Source: Negativicutes bacterium
GTDB lineage: Bacteria; Bacillota; Negativicutes; UBA1444
Direction of reading: 5' to 3'
Length of the DNA stretch: 64,000 bases
Assembly (NCBI GenBank): GCA_963665275.2
Contig: CAXXIN010000018.1
Span: 160,001 to 224,000, forward strand
Under the pieces are notes generated by a model. That model was not told the DNA's origin. It worked only from the letters and a program-made list of their open reading frames with translations, and did no database searches. Of this stretch, positions 41,329-51,350 are shown in pieces. A program made the translations under genes and the position numbers. Positions within the stretch are counted from its first letter, which is position 1, and the number at the start of each line of letters is the position of its first letter.

Positions 41329-42241
41329 TCTTTGCGCCAAGGTGCGGATTCCGGCGACGACAGCCAACTGCGGACCTGGTTTCGATACGTTGGGGATTGC
41401 CTGCACCTTATACAACGAAGTTTCCCTGGAACTGAACGGACTCGGTAATGCAGTTCAAATTGTCGTAACTGGCGATGGCGCCGATACATTGCCTGTCAAT
41501 GAAAAAAACCTGGTGCTTCGTTCGGTCCGAACGGTATTGGATCGAGCCAAGCATCCAGCAACCAACTTGCGATTGACGTTGCATAACAATATTCCTCTAT
41601 CCAGAGGACTGGGCAGCAGTTCGGCAGCCATCGTCGGCGGCCTGGTTGCCGCGAACGCAGTTGTGGGGAACCTCTTTTCCCGGCAGGAGCTACTGTCCAT
41701 GGCCACCAAATTGGAAGGCCATCCTGATAATGTGGCACCGGCATTGCTGGGAGGATTCGCAGTTTCCGTGATGCAGGGAGAGCGGGTCACGAGTCTGAGT
41801 TTGCCTGTGCCGCCAGCATTAAAACTTGTTGTATGTATTCCGGCATTTCGTCTCTCGACCAATAAGGCGCGTCAGGCGATTCCCGACATCGTGCCGCATC
41901 GCGACGCTGTTTTCAATGTAAGCCGTACGGCTTTGCTCGTTGGAGCTATGGCAAGTGGGCGTCTCGAATATCTGAGTGAGGCGTTGGATGATAAATTGCA
42001 CCAACCCTATCGTGCTGCGCTGATTCCAGGTATGGCGGCTGTGTTTGCAGCAGGAAAAGCGGCGGGGGCGCTAGGTGTGGCAATGAGTGGGGCAGGGCCT
42101 TCTTTGATGGCATATACCGTAGAAAATGCTGATGCGGTTGGAACTGCTATGGTGCAGGCATTCCGCACTCATGATGTCCAATCTCGCTATTTGTGCCTCG
42201 GCGTCGATTATGAAGGGGCTTGCATTGTCGATTTAGCTTGA
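41315..42241 (+). CDS. thrB: Homoserine kinase
   Basis: PATTANCGPGFD, PLSRGLGSSS, EGHPDN, SGAGP. Confidence 0.96.
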   Translation: MKRNDLCAKVRIPATTANCGPGFDTLGIACTLYNEVSLELNGLGNAVQIVVTGDGADTLPVNEKNLVLRSVRTVLDRAKHPATNLRLTLHNNIPLSRGLGSSSAAIVGGLVAANAVVGNLFSRQELLSMATKLEGHPDNVAPALLGGFAVSVMQGERVTSLSLPVPPALKLVVCIPAFRLSTNKARQAIPDIVPHRDAVFNVSRTALLVGAMASGRLEYLSEALDDKLHQPYRAALIPGMAAVFAAGKAAGALGVAMSGAGPSLMAYTVENADAVGTAMVQAFRTHDVQSRYLCLGVDYEGACIVDLA

Positions 42242-42266
42242 CTTTGATGCCGAAAATGGGTAGAAT
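42238..42266 (+). promoter_or_regulatory. Sigma-A promoter of tRNA-Pro
   Basis: TTGACT-N17-TAGAAT. Confidence 0.7.
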
Positions 42267-42279
42267 AATATCTGTTAGT

Positions 42280-42357
42280 CGGGGCGTAGCTCAGTTTGGC
42301 TAGAGCGCTACCTTGGGGTGGTAGAGGCCGCAAGTTCAAGTCTTGTCGCTCCGACCA
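42280..42357 (+). tRNA. tRNA-Pro (GGG)
   Basis: CGGGGCG/CGCTCCG acceptor stem, anticodon arm CTACC-TTGGGGT-GGTAG, TTCAAGT T-loop, encoded CCA. Confidence 0.97.
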
Positions 42358-42373
42358 GTATAAAATAAGGATT

Positions 42374-42400
42374 CCGGGAACTTCGGTTCTCGGTTTTTTT
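42374..42400 (+). terminator. Terminator after tRNA-Pro
   Basis: CCGGGAAC-TTCG-GTTCTCGG followed by a T tract. Confidence 0.8.
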
Positions 42401-42447
42401 ATGCCCTGTACCAATTCTGCTCCAATTAATAAACAAAATTAATTAAG

Positions 42448-42572
42448 CTTTCTGAGGCGAAAGCAAAGGAGAAGTCGGCTACATTGCCTGGGCGCGTGCG
42501 AAAATTGACTGGCTGAACCCGCTGGTGGGGAGAAAGGATGAATGGCTGGGCTATCGGAAAGCAGGCGGTTGA
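42448..42572 (+). pseudogene. 3' remnant of a gene
   Basis: Protein-like YIAWARAKIDWLNPLVGRKDEWLG...stop, with no start codon or RBS. Confidence 0.45.
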
Positions 42573-42639
42573 TTGCTGATTTCAACTGACAGCGATAAAA
42601 CTAACATTTAATCTTTTTACATTGTGCGCTGCGAATTAT

Positions 42640-42662
42640 TTAACCTACATATTGTAGGTTAA
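42640..42662. promoter_or_regulatory. Palindromic operator-like site
   Basis: TTAACCTACA-TAT-TGTAGGTTAA directly upstream of the RBS of the 42678 gene. Confidence 0.6.
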
Positions 42663-42677
42663 GGGGCGAGGTGCGAT

Positions 42678-42980
42678 ATGCCAGTCATTCACGATGCGCT
42701 ACGCGAAGAAATGGAATGGTTGCTGGAAAAAGAACAGGCATATAAAAAGCAGCTGTCGTTGCTGCCCAAAGGACGGATTCATGATAAATCGATTGGCGGC
42801 AAAAAATACCCGTATCTTACCTATCGAGAAGACGGCAATGTGAAGTCCAGGTATGTGAAGCCGGAGGAATTGGAACAAGTGATGGCTCAGGTGGAGCAGG
42901 GCCAGCAGCATGAAACGGCACTGAAAAGTATTCGCGCGGATCTGCGTGTGATCCGAAAGGTTGTTAAAGTTGGAAAGTAG
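42678..42980 (+). CDS. Small basic hypothetical protein (putative nucleic-acid binding)
   Basis: RBS GAGGTG; LPKGRIHDKSIGGKKYPYLTYREDGNVKSRYV flanked by predicted coiled coils. Confidence 0.8.
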   Translation: MPVIHDALREEMEWLLEKEQAYKKQLSLLPKGRIHDKSIGGKKYPYLTYREDGNVKSRYVKPEELEQVMAQVEQGQQHETALKSIRADLRVIRKVVKVGK

Positions 42981-43044
42981 TCAGAAGCAAACATTTTGGC
43001 AAACGATTGCACTTTTTCATGATGTCGGTGTAAGAAAGTGGTAA

Positions 43045-44711
43045 CTAAATATTGGCTGATTTATCAGGAAAGGCATTTGTGAATGCGTTCTGACTTTCTA
43101 TCATATCTACAAATCGGAAAGCGAGATCGGGGTCAAACTGACTTCCGGCACAACGCTTGAGTTCTTCCAACGCGGCGTCAGAAGGCATCCCTTTTCGATA
43201 GGGTCTATCGCTGATCATTGCATCGTAGCTATCGATGATTGCCAGAACTCTACATTCAAAGGGAATATCAGTTCCCGCAAGGCCTAGAGGATAGCCCTTG
43301 CCATTCCACCATTCATGATGCTTTAAAATCCAGCTTGCTATTGGAAGCAGAGTTGAAGATGCATGAGCAAGTCTGCAGCCGATCTCGCTGTGCTTTTGCA
43401 TCGTCAGTCGTTCATCTTTGGTCAATGCCCCGGGTTTGAGCAGAATATGGTCAGGGACACCAATTTTTCCAATATCGTGGAACCTGGCAAAAAGGTTTAA
43501 GTCGGCCATAGTCGATGGAACAATTTCGATTAATTGAGCAAAGTTTGAGAGGAGAGCTTCCATCCTTTCGCTATGGGCATCGGTGTCGTTATCACGGGCT
43601 GCCTGCATTTGCTGCACAAGCTGAATAGCTGTGCTGTTGTAGCCGATGCTATGAGAAATCTTTTCTCGGTACATTTTGCCGTCAGCTTCCTTGCATAAAT
43701 TGCGTATGTCGCAATTGGGGCCAAAAGCGTAACCGAAGGAAAGATGCAGTGGGAGTTCTTCATTGTTGTTTTGCAAACTCAATTCCTGCAAACAAAGGTG
43801 AATCTTTGAATATAGCTGCTCCAGCGCCTGTTCATCTGTGTGTTGAAGCAGTATAACAAACTCATCGCCACCGATTCTGAAGATGGCGCTATTATCGTGA
43901 AAGGTAGCTTTGAGAAAATCCGCTGTGCGTCGCAGTAACTTGTCACCGAATTCATGACCTAAGGTGTCATTGACAAACTTGAGTCCGTCAACATCAAAAA
44001 AGAATACGCCGATTTGCTGATTGATTCCATTTTCCAACTGCAGCAGATCCGCTTCAAAGCAAGCTCGGTTGTGTGTACCGGTTAATATGTCGTTGTAACT
44101 CAAGAAACGCAAATCTTGCTGAACTTGTAAACTCTGTGTCAGATAAACTCTCGCCCGGCGATATTCTTGCTGATAGTAGCCGGTAATTATGCTAAAGACG
44201 GTGGCGCTGATAATGATAGATATCGTCAATGTTACAGCTAAGTCCATATAGCGTTCGACAGAATTTAAGGGAATGAGTAGTGTTTGTGGGTGAAGGAATT
44301 CCCAGTAGATTAAGCTGTCAGGAATAATAATCAGCATAATAATTGCGGCAATCCTTTTTGTTCCTTCTAAAAGTACCGCTACCATCGGAACAAAAAGGGT
44401 AATGTATATTGGAGTACGACCTAGACTGCCTCCGGTCTGAAGCCAACATATTGGAACTGCAATGATAACTAGAAGTAGCCCCAATAAAGTCGGTAAATTA
44501 TAGTGGCGTTTAACACGAGATAAATAGTAGAGGGCTGACAGAAAGATTCCTGTCACGATAGGCGTGGTTACTGCACGGGAAGGCATTTGGATGATGTAAT
44601 TAATACAAGCGCCCCAAAACGAAAGAATAGGCCTAGAAGTAAAATGAGATTCAGTAACCTGTGCCTGGCGGAAAAATGCGATTCCTCACCAATAAATTGC
44701 TCAACGCTCAC
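43045..44711 (-). CDS. Membrane-bound GGDEF + HD-GYP protein (probable 5' frameshift near 44620)
   Basis: RIGGDEF, HDIGKIG, HHEWWNGKGYP. TM region extends upstream of 44586 to a GTG at 44711 with an AAGGGA RBS. Confidence 0.88.
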
Positions 44712-44909
44712 GTTAGCCGTCCCTTCGAATTTTGATTACACACTAAAGGCGTTTCTGGATATGGTTTTGCAAGCTCGAGTGGTTTTTGTTGTCAATTATA
44801 TTTAACGTTCGACCCAATCAATAATAGTCCTGCCTTTTATGGAGTAAATTGCCAGTAAACCGAATTCCAATATCGAATAAGTACTATAGTAATGCGCCAA
44901 TAATGTATT

Positions 44910-44940
44910 GAAAAAGAAACCCTTTCGGGTTTCTTTTTTC
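44910..44940. terminator. Bidirectional intrinsic terminator
   Basis: GAAAAAGAAACCC-TTTC-GGGTTTCTTTTTTC. Confidence 0.8.
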
Positions 44941-45022
44941 GAGATAGCTCCGTCTCTAAAAGCGGCGGGCTGGTAATGTGCCGGACACTATCCGCGAGAA
45001 CTGCCAGGTTTATAGTGAGAAA

Positions 45023-45592
45023 TTACAAGCTAATCTTGGCACCCAATAGTTCAACAAAACTCCGCAGCCATTCGGGATGATTCGGCCACGCTTGAGCAGT
45101 AACCAGATTGCCGCTGACTACTACTGGTTCATTGATCCATTCCGCACCGGCGATACGGCATTCAGCAGCGCAAGCAGGGTACGAAGTGGTTTGTTTCCCT
45201 TTCATAACGCCTGCCGCAGCTAAAAGCTGTGTCCCGTGACAGATGGCAGCTACAGGTTTTCCGGCGGAAAAAAACTCTTTTACAAGGGAGACAACGTCTT
45301 CGTGCATTCGGATATATTCCGGCGCCCGTCCTCCGGGAATTACCAAGCCAACGTAGTTTTCCGTTTTAACATCTTGAACCGAAATGTCGACAGGAATACG
45401 ATGACCTGTCATTTCTACATAAGTATCGAGACCAATAAAATCGTGTACCACCAGTTGCAGCATGTCGCCCTTATTCTTCAACGGCGCAGCGATGTCAACC
45501 GAATAGCCAAGCATCATCAATGCTTGTTGTGGAACTTTAACCTCATAGTCTTCCGCACAATCTCCGGTCAGGATTAGAATTCTCTTTGTCAT
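45023..45592 (-). CDS. DJ-1/PfpI-family protein
   Basis: EDYE, PGGRAPEY, AICHG, VTAQAWP. Confidence 0.92.
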   Translation of the reverse strand: MTKRILILTGDCAEDYEVKVPQQALMMLGYSVDIAAPLKNKGDMLQLVVHDFIGLDTYVEMTGHRIPVDISVQDVKTENYVGLVIPGGRAPEYIRMHEDVVSLVKEFFSAGKPVAAICHGTQLLAAAGVMKGKQTTSYPACAAECRIAGAEWINEPVVVSGNLVTAQAWPNHPEWLRSFVELLGAKISL

Positions 45593-45844
45593 TCAAAGCC
45601 CTCCTCTTTTAATATCTGGATTTCATTAGGTTGTCCACGATAATATTTTACCACTATACCGGATACCAAATGAACAAATAGTCAAAACATAAAGAAAATT
45701 TAACATTTGCATCTCGGGCGTTCGGGTAAATTATTAAAAATGGATGGGCAGCCGACTGGCTTCAACCCGAAGGATGACCATGTGTCACGGATGTGACGAG
45801 CTGAAATGCCTGAGATAAGAGGCGATCCGGATGGATTCACATGG

Positions 45845-46291
45845 CTAAGATAACTGGGATTGATCCTGGCAAAGAATGTTTGCCGGCAACAGAACCCCGT
45901 CACGATTCAGAAGCGCGATCAGGGATGCGGTTTGAACGTCGGATTGCCACAGCTTTTTTACGGTTTCCCGGCAGGCTGCATTATCCGGCACGATCTTGTA
46001 ATAACTAAGTTGATAGAGTTTTCCTGACCCTTCAAGATGATCCAAGGCCAGGGCTTCGGCAAGAACAAAAGGGAATTGCGTGGATTGCAGTGCATTGGGC
46101 AAGTCTTCGGGGCAGGAGAGAAATTCGTCGGCATCGGCAAAAGAAAAACAGAAGAAATTCGGCGCCCCGGTCTTTTCGTCAACCGCGAAGAGAAATGGCC
46201 CTTCTTCTTCGTAAAATTGTAGATCAGCGACTTGGGAACAGTTTTCCCGGCTGAGGCGGATCATCAGGTCAATCATTTCAGATTTTGTCAT
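45845..46291 (-). CDS. Hypothetical protein (~148 aa)
   Basis: ATG at 46291 overlaps the lplA end; MTKSEMIDLMIRLSREN... Confidence 0.55.
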   Translation of the reverse strand: MTKSEMIDLMIRLSRENCSQVADLQFYEEEGPFLFAVDEKTGAPNFFCFSFADADEFLSCPEDLPNALQSTQFPFVLAEALALDHLEGSGKLYQLSYYKIVPDNAACRETVKKLWQSDVQTASLIALLNRDGVLLPANILCQDQSQLS

Positions 46292-47312
46292 GAAAAATTC
46301 CAACCTTTGAAGCGTATGAATTGGGAAAAAAACAGGAAAGTACTTCGTCGGGTGAGATGTCGCGGATCGGATGAACTGTGAGCCAGTCTTCGATAATCTT
46401 GGCGATAGAATCACGTTGGTAAGGTGCGCCGAGGAGACTGTCTGCCAATTCCTCCATTTCGCCGGTAGCGAAAAAATCTCCGCATATTTTGCACTGATTG
46501 AGGGTGTTGTTTTGTACATTGAGCAATACCTGCACGCTGCCGCCGACAAAGGTTTTTTTTGTGTTGTGACTATAGAGCGGGAGTTTGCCGTAAGTCCACG
46601 TCGGGTCGCGGTAGCGCTTTTCAGCGAGGGTTTCGATAGCCTGCCGGTCGGTGGTGGAAAGTTCATAACACCGATAAGATTCATCCGCACTGGCAAAGAT
46701 TGCTTTGAGCAGGGTGGTTTCAAATTCGGCCAGCATTATGGCCGGTGGCAGATGCTGACGAATGGTCGTTACCTTGCTGCGCACCGACGCAACGGCGGGT
46801 TTGCTATGTTTGGCGTCTGAGCCGGACAAAGCTTGGGCCAATACGCTCATATCGGTATCAAATAGCAACGTTCCGTGGTGCAGTAGCCGGTCACGGTGGA
46901 TGTACTGGGCGTTACCGGAGAATTTTTGTCCGTCGATGGTCAGGTCGTTGCGACCGGTGAATTCAGATTTTACGCCGAGCTCAGCCAGAGCGGCGATAAT
47001 GGGCAAGGTGAAGTGGGAGAAATTGTTGTGACCGATACCAGCTAAATTCGTGATGAAGGTAAAGTTCAGATTTCCTAAATCGTGATATACAGCGCCACCT
47101 CCAGAGAGGCGCCGGACCACCTGGATGTTTCGCCCGGCAATGAAGGGTGCGTTGATTTCAACGTCTGCGTTTTGATTGCGGCCGATGACCACTGTCGGGC
47201 GGTTTTGCCAGAGAATGACGAGATCGTCGGGTACCGGCGGCTGCTTGAGAAAATATTCCTCCAGGGCTAGATTGAAACAAGGGTCGGTGTTGGAATTGAC
47301 GATATGCAGCAT
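46278..47312 (-). CDS. lplA: Lipoate-protein ligase A
   Basis: NLALEE, IGRNQN, RRLSGGGAVYHDLGN, KFSGNA, HHGTLL. Confidence 0.95.
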   Translation of the reverse strand: MLHIVNSNTDPCFNLALEEYFLKQPPVPDDLVILWQNRPTVVIGRNQNADVEINAPFIAGRNIQVVRRLSGGGAVYHDLGNLNFTFITNLAGIGHNNFSHFTLPIIAALAELGVKSEFTGRNDLTIDGQKFSGNAQYIHRDRLLHHGTLLFDTDMSVLAQALSGSDAKHSKPAVASVRSKVTTIRQHLPPAIMLAEFETTLLKAIFASADESYRCYELSTTDRQAIETLAEKRYRDPTWTYGKLPLYSHNTKKTFVGGSVQVLLNVQNNTLNQCKICGDFFATGEMEELADSLLGAPYQRDSIAKIIEDWLTVHPIRDISPDEVLSCFFPNSYASKVGIFHDKI

Positions 47313-47349
47313 AACGCTACCTCCTCGTTATATGGCGTTAAACTAGTCA

Positions 47350-48327
47350 TTACGTGCGATCCAGTCGCTCTGCCTTCAGATTGGATTCAACGGACTGGAT
47401 GAAACTATTCACGACTCGGCTATAACGGACTCGATCGTTATAGAAGGAACTCACGTGACCCGCCTGCGGAAATGTGTAAATTTCGCGGGGGCCCTGAGCG
47501 GCATTATAGAGATCCTGCGCCATAATGACTGGAACCAATTTGTCAGATTCACCGTGAATAAATAGAATGGGGGTGGTCGCATGACTCACGGCACGAATCG
47601 GCGAGGCCTCATAGAATGTGAACCGTGACTTGATATACGCGACGGCATTGGCGTAGGGCCAGACATAACGAAACGGAATATTACCCGCCAAGTGGAGACG
47701 CGCTTCGGCGTGAGGAGCCAACATGGCGCCAAAATCAGAATAAGCACTGTCAGCAATGTAAAAGGCAACACGCCGATTGACCTCGTTTTGCTCAGAATGC
47801 AACAGGGCAGTGGCTGCACCCAGAGATACTCCGTGAACTCCGATCATCCCGACAGGAAATCGCTGCCTGACCCAGTCCACCCATTGATCTAGATCTTGTT
47901 TCTCATAAACGCCCCAGGTGACTGATTCACCACCGCTTTCGCCATGATCCCGTGAATCAACAAGCAGCAGGTTAAATCCGGCATTCAAATAGAGATTTCG
48001 ATAATTCAGGCCGACTAATCGATTCTCTGTAAATCCGTGCAAAAAAATCAAGGTTTTTTCGGTGGGGGTTGCATTGGGGAGATAGGTTCCCTTCAAGGCA
48101 TAGCCAAAACGGGAGCTGATAGTTACGTCCGTCCACTGTTGATCCTTTTTGCCGATCTCCATAATTTGCTGCAATCGTGCATTGTTGTGAGCGTTTTCCC
48201 GGGTATGGCGAACGCTCATCTCGTTGTAAATGATGTTTCCGATATATAGGCCGGCCCCGTTGATGACAAGGCCAATCACCAACACGGCGATTAATAGTAA
48301 TCGTCGCCACTTGAAATTATTCACCAC
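47350..48327 (-). CDS. Membrane-anchored alpha/beta hydrolase
   Basis: HGF, GVSLG nucleophile elbow, IHGESD, AGH; N-terminal TM. Confidence 0.9.
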   Translation of the reverse strand: MVNNFKWRRLLLIAVLVIGLVINGAGLYIGNIIYNEMSVRHTRENAHNNARLQQIMEIGKKDQQWTDVTISSRFGYALKGTYLPNATPTEKTLIFLHGFTENRLVGLNYRNLYLNAGFNLLLVDSRDHGESGGESVTWGVYEKQDLDQWVDWVRQRFPVGMIGVHGVSLGAATALLHSEQNEVNRRVAFYIADSAYSDFGAMLAPHAEARLHLAGNIPFRYVWPYANAVAYIKSRFTFYEASPIRAVSHATTPILFIHGESDKLVPVIMAQDLYNAAQGPREIYTFPQAGHVSSFYNDRVRYSRVVNSFIQSVESNLKAERLDRT

Positions 48328-48539
48328 GCTAATCCTCTCTCGGTTCAAAATTATGAAATTGAGATTTCTGTAATATATTGATTATAGCAAGTAAAATTTA
48401 TTTTCAAAACATAATTTTGATTGTGATAGGGTAGCATACTCGAATGAGTAGAAAATTCCGCTAGAAGGGAGGAGGGCTGGGAGTTGTGGCGAAATAATCT
48501 CAAACTGCTACAAAATAGAGTTCGCAGGTGTGGGCGGGA

Positions 48540-48568
48540 TTGACAAGCGGAATGTAGATTGTTACAAT
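48540..48568 (+). promoter_or_regulatory. Sigma-A promoter of pyrE
   Basis: TTGACA-N17-TACAAT. Confidence 0.75.
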
Positions 48569-48581
48569 AATATATAAAAAT

Positions 48582-48680
48582 ATCCTTTAAACTGGTCCGG
48601 TGAGGCTGGTAAGGGGCGATGTCCAATGCGACTGTTCATGCCTTTTTTGCGTGCTTCACACGCGGAAGAGGCGTTTTTTG
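48582..48680 (+). promoter_or_regulatory. PyrR-binding attenuator
   Basis: CCTTTAAACTGGTCCGGTGAGGCTGGTAAGG matches the PyrR binding loop; downstream terminator GCCTTTTTTGCGTG..CACGCGGAAGAGGC + T tract; precedes pyrE. Confidence 0.88.
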
Positions 48681-48721
48681 ATTGCGATATGATATACTAA
48701 TATGATGTGGAGGGCTGAAAA

Positions 48722-49300
48722 ATGCAAGAAGCGGAAGTCAAGGATTTGTTGGTAAAACATGGTGCCATTCTGGAGGGTCATTTCCTTCTGACCTCTGGCC
48801 TTCACAGTGGAATGTATGTAGAAAAGTTTCAGGTATTGCAATATCCGAAAGCAACCGAAAAGCTGTGTGAAGGGTTCGCTGAGTTGTTCAAGGATGAAAA
48901 AATCGATGTCGTCATAGGCCCGGTAACCGGTGGGATCATTTTGGCGCATGAAACAGCCAAACATTTTGGTACCCGGGCGATTTTCTCCGAGAGAGATAAT
49001 GGCCGCATGACCCTTAAGCGCGGTTTCGAGATCAAACCGGGTGAACGGGTTCTCATCGTGGAAGACATCGTGACAACAGGAGGCTCGGTGATGGAAGTCA
49101 TCGAGGTTGTCAAAGAATGGGGCGGCGTTGTTGCAGGAGTAGCGATGCTGGTTGACCGCAGCGGCGGCAAGGTCGATTTCGGGGTTCCGGCCAAAGCTCT
49201 GTTGACGTTGAATATAAAGACCTATGCACCTGATGAATGTCCATTATGCAAACAAGGAGTGCCGCTGACAAAACGGGGCAGCCGCATAGTTCCTGCATAA
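48722..49300 (+). CDS. pyrE: Orotate phosphoribosyltransferase
   Basis: GHFLLTSGLHS, VEDIVTTGGS; PyrR leader upstream. Confidence 0.96.
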   Translation: MQEAEVKDLLVKHGAILEGHFLLTSGLHSGMYVEKFQVLQYPKATEKLCEGFAELFKDEKIDVVIGPVTGGIILAHETAKHFGTRAIFSERDNGRMTLKRGFEIKPGERVLIVEDIVTTGGSVMEVIEVVKEWGGVVAGVAMLVDRSGGKVDFGVPAKALLTLNIKTYAPDECPLCKQGVPLTKRGSRIVPA

Positions 49301-49347
49301 ATTGCACCAGTCCGTAAATAGTATGATGAAGAAGGTATGAAGGTACA

Positions 49348-51177
49348 ATGAAACGAACTGACTTAAGAAATGTGGCGATTATCGCCCACGTTGACCACGG
49401 CAAGACAACTTTGGTCGACGCGATGTTAAAACAGAGCGGCGTTTTTCGTGCGAATGAAAACGTGCCCAAGTGTGTAATGGATTCCAATGATCTGGAACGC
49501 GAACGGGGTATCACGATTCTGGCGAAAAATACTGCGGTTTTTTATCATGATATCAAAATCAATATCGTGGATACGCCGGGCCACGCCGACTTCGGCGGCG
49601 AGGTCGAACGCGTCCTCAATATGGTGGACGGAGTGCTGCTGCTAGTCGATGCGTTCGAAGGTCCGATGCCGCAGACGAAGTATGTTCTGCGCAAGGCTCT
49701 CGAACAGAAATTGAAGCCGATCGTAGTTATCAATAAAATCGACCGTCAGGATGAGCGGGCCGAAGAAGTCGTGGACGAAGTCCTCGATTTGTTTATCGAA
49801 CTGGGTGCGACGGAAGAACAACTCGATTTTCCAGTAGTCTTCGCTACCGCGCGCGCTGGTATTGCCAAACTCAATATGGCGGATGAAAGCGATAGCCTGG
49901 AGCCTTTGTTTGCAACGCTGGTACAGGAAATTCCCATGCCAGAGGGTGAAGAGAACGCTCCTCTGCAAATCATGGTGACAACAATCGACCATGATGAGTA
50001 TGTCGGACGAATCGGCATCGGACGAGTGGTGCGTGGCACGGTGAAGGCGGGGCAGGTTGTTTCCGTATTGCATCGCGACGCTGAAAGCAAACAGAAGATC
50101 AATCTTCTTTACGTCTATGACGGCCTGAAACGAACGGAAGTTCCGACGGCGAAGATTGGCGATATCATTGCCATTACGGGACTCGACGAATTTACGATTG
50201 GCGATACGTTGGCCGACCCGGAAAACCCAGAAACGTTGCCGACCATCAATATTGATGAACCGACCCTGTCGATGATGTTCATGGTAAATAACAGCCCCTT
50301 TGCCGGCAAGGAAGGACAATATGTTACTTCGCGGCACTTGCGGGAACGACTGATGAAAGAGAAGGAAACCAATGTCAGCTTGCGAATCAGGGAGACTGAC
50401 AGTCCGGATACCTTCGAGGTCTGCGGACGCGGCGAACTTCATCTGGCTGTTTTGATCGAGACGATGCGACGCGAAGGATATGAATTCGCTGTTGGCAAAC
50501 CGCAAGTTATTTATAAAGACATCAAGGGGAAAAAGTGCGAACCGCTGGAGTTCCTGACGGTTGATGTGCCTCAGGAATTCATGGGCGCGGTCATGGATCA
50601 GCTGGGAACGCAGCGGGCAGAAATGGTCAATATGGTTGAGTTGGCGGGCTATCTGCGATTGGAGTTTGTCGTGCCGGCACGCGGACTCATCGGATTCCGT
50701 TCGCAATTCCTGACCAATACCAAAGGAAATGGGATCATGCATCATGTGTTCCATGGCTATGCTCCTTATAAAGGCGATATTCCCGGACGTACCCGCGGAG
50801 CACTGGTGGCTTTTGAAACAGGTGAGACCTGTGCGTACGGAATTTTCAACATTCAGGATCGTGGCGTAATGTTCATCGTGCCGGGCCAAAAAGTCTATGC
50901 CGGTATGATTGTGGGCGAAAATACTCGCGAACTGGACATGGATATCAATCCTTGCAAACGAAAACAGATGACCAACACACGGTCGAGTTCTGCTGATGAG
51001 GCTTTGCGGTTGATTACTCCCCGGATCATGAGTCTGGAACAGTGTCTGGAACACATCAACGACGACGAACTGGTTGAAGTAACACCGAAAAACCTCCGCC
51101 TACGCAAGGCTGTGCTGGATCGGGCGCAGCGGGGACGTGACCGGAAACGCGCAATCTATGCTTCGAATGAAGAATAA
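49348..51177 (+). CDS. typA: Translational GTPase TypA/BipA
   Basis: [43 protein letters not shown]. Confidence 0.97.
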   Translation: MKRTDLRNVAIIAHVDHGKTTLVDAMLKQSGVFRANENVPKCVMDSNDLERERGITILAKNTAVFYHDIKINIVDTPGHADFGGEVERVLNMVDGVLLLVDAFEGPMPQTKYVLRKALEQKLKPIVVINKIDRQDERAEEVVDEVLDLFIELGATEEQLDFPVVFATARAGIAKLNMADESDSLEPLFATLVQEIPMPEGEENAPLQIMVTTIDHDEYVGRIGIGRVVRGTVKAGQVVSVLHRDAESKQKINLLYVYDGLKRTEVPTAKIGDIIAITGLDEFTIGDTLADPENPETLPTINIDEPTLSMMFMVNNSPFAGKEGQYVTSRHLRERLMKEKETNVSLRIRETDSPDTFEVCGRGELHLAVLIETMRREGYEFAVGKPQVIYKDIKGKKCEPLEFLTVDVPQEFMGAVMDQLGTQRAEMVNMVELAGYLRLEFVVPARGLIGFRSQFLTNTKGNGIMHHVFHGYAPYKGDIPGRTRGALVAFETGETCAYGIFNIQDRGVMFIVPGQKVYAGMIVGENTRELDMDINPCKRKQMTNTRSSSADEALRLITPRIMSLEQCLEHINDDELVEVTPKNLRLRKAVLDRAQRGRDRKRAIYASNEE

Positions 51178-51194
51178 TTAAGGCAGTGCAATGA

Positions 51195-51228
51195 GGCGCC
51201 GGCAACCGAAAGGTTCCGGCGCTTTTTA
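51195..51228 (+). terminator. Terminator after typA
   Basis: GGCGCCGG-C-AACC-GAAA-GGTT-CCGGCGCT followed by a T tract. Confidence 0.75.
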
Positions 51229-51350
51229 ATTGCTGGATAAGTATGCAGCAATTAAGAATAAGTTGTTGCCGATAAAATGGCAAGTCTGTTATAATAAGCG
51301 AGTTAATGAATCCAAGCCACGGACGTTACGGATGGGGAGGCACAGTGTCC

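Noticed and set aside
44939-45007. HDV-like ribozyme assignment for the structured element
   Set aside because: The helix order on the minus strand resembles it, but the P1.1 GG and the catalytic C-containing J4/2 are not in place.
49642-51054. Long antisense ORF (470 aa) opposite typA, and similar shadow ORFs elsewhere
   Set aside because: Antisense shadows of well-supported genes with no recognisable motifs.
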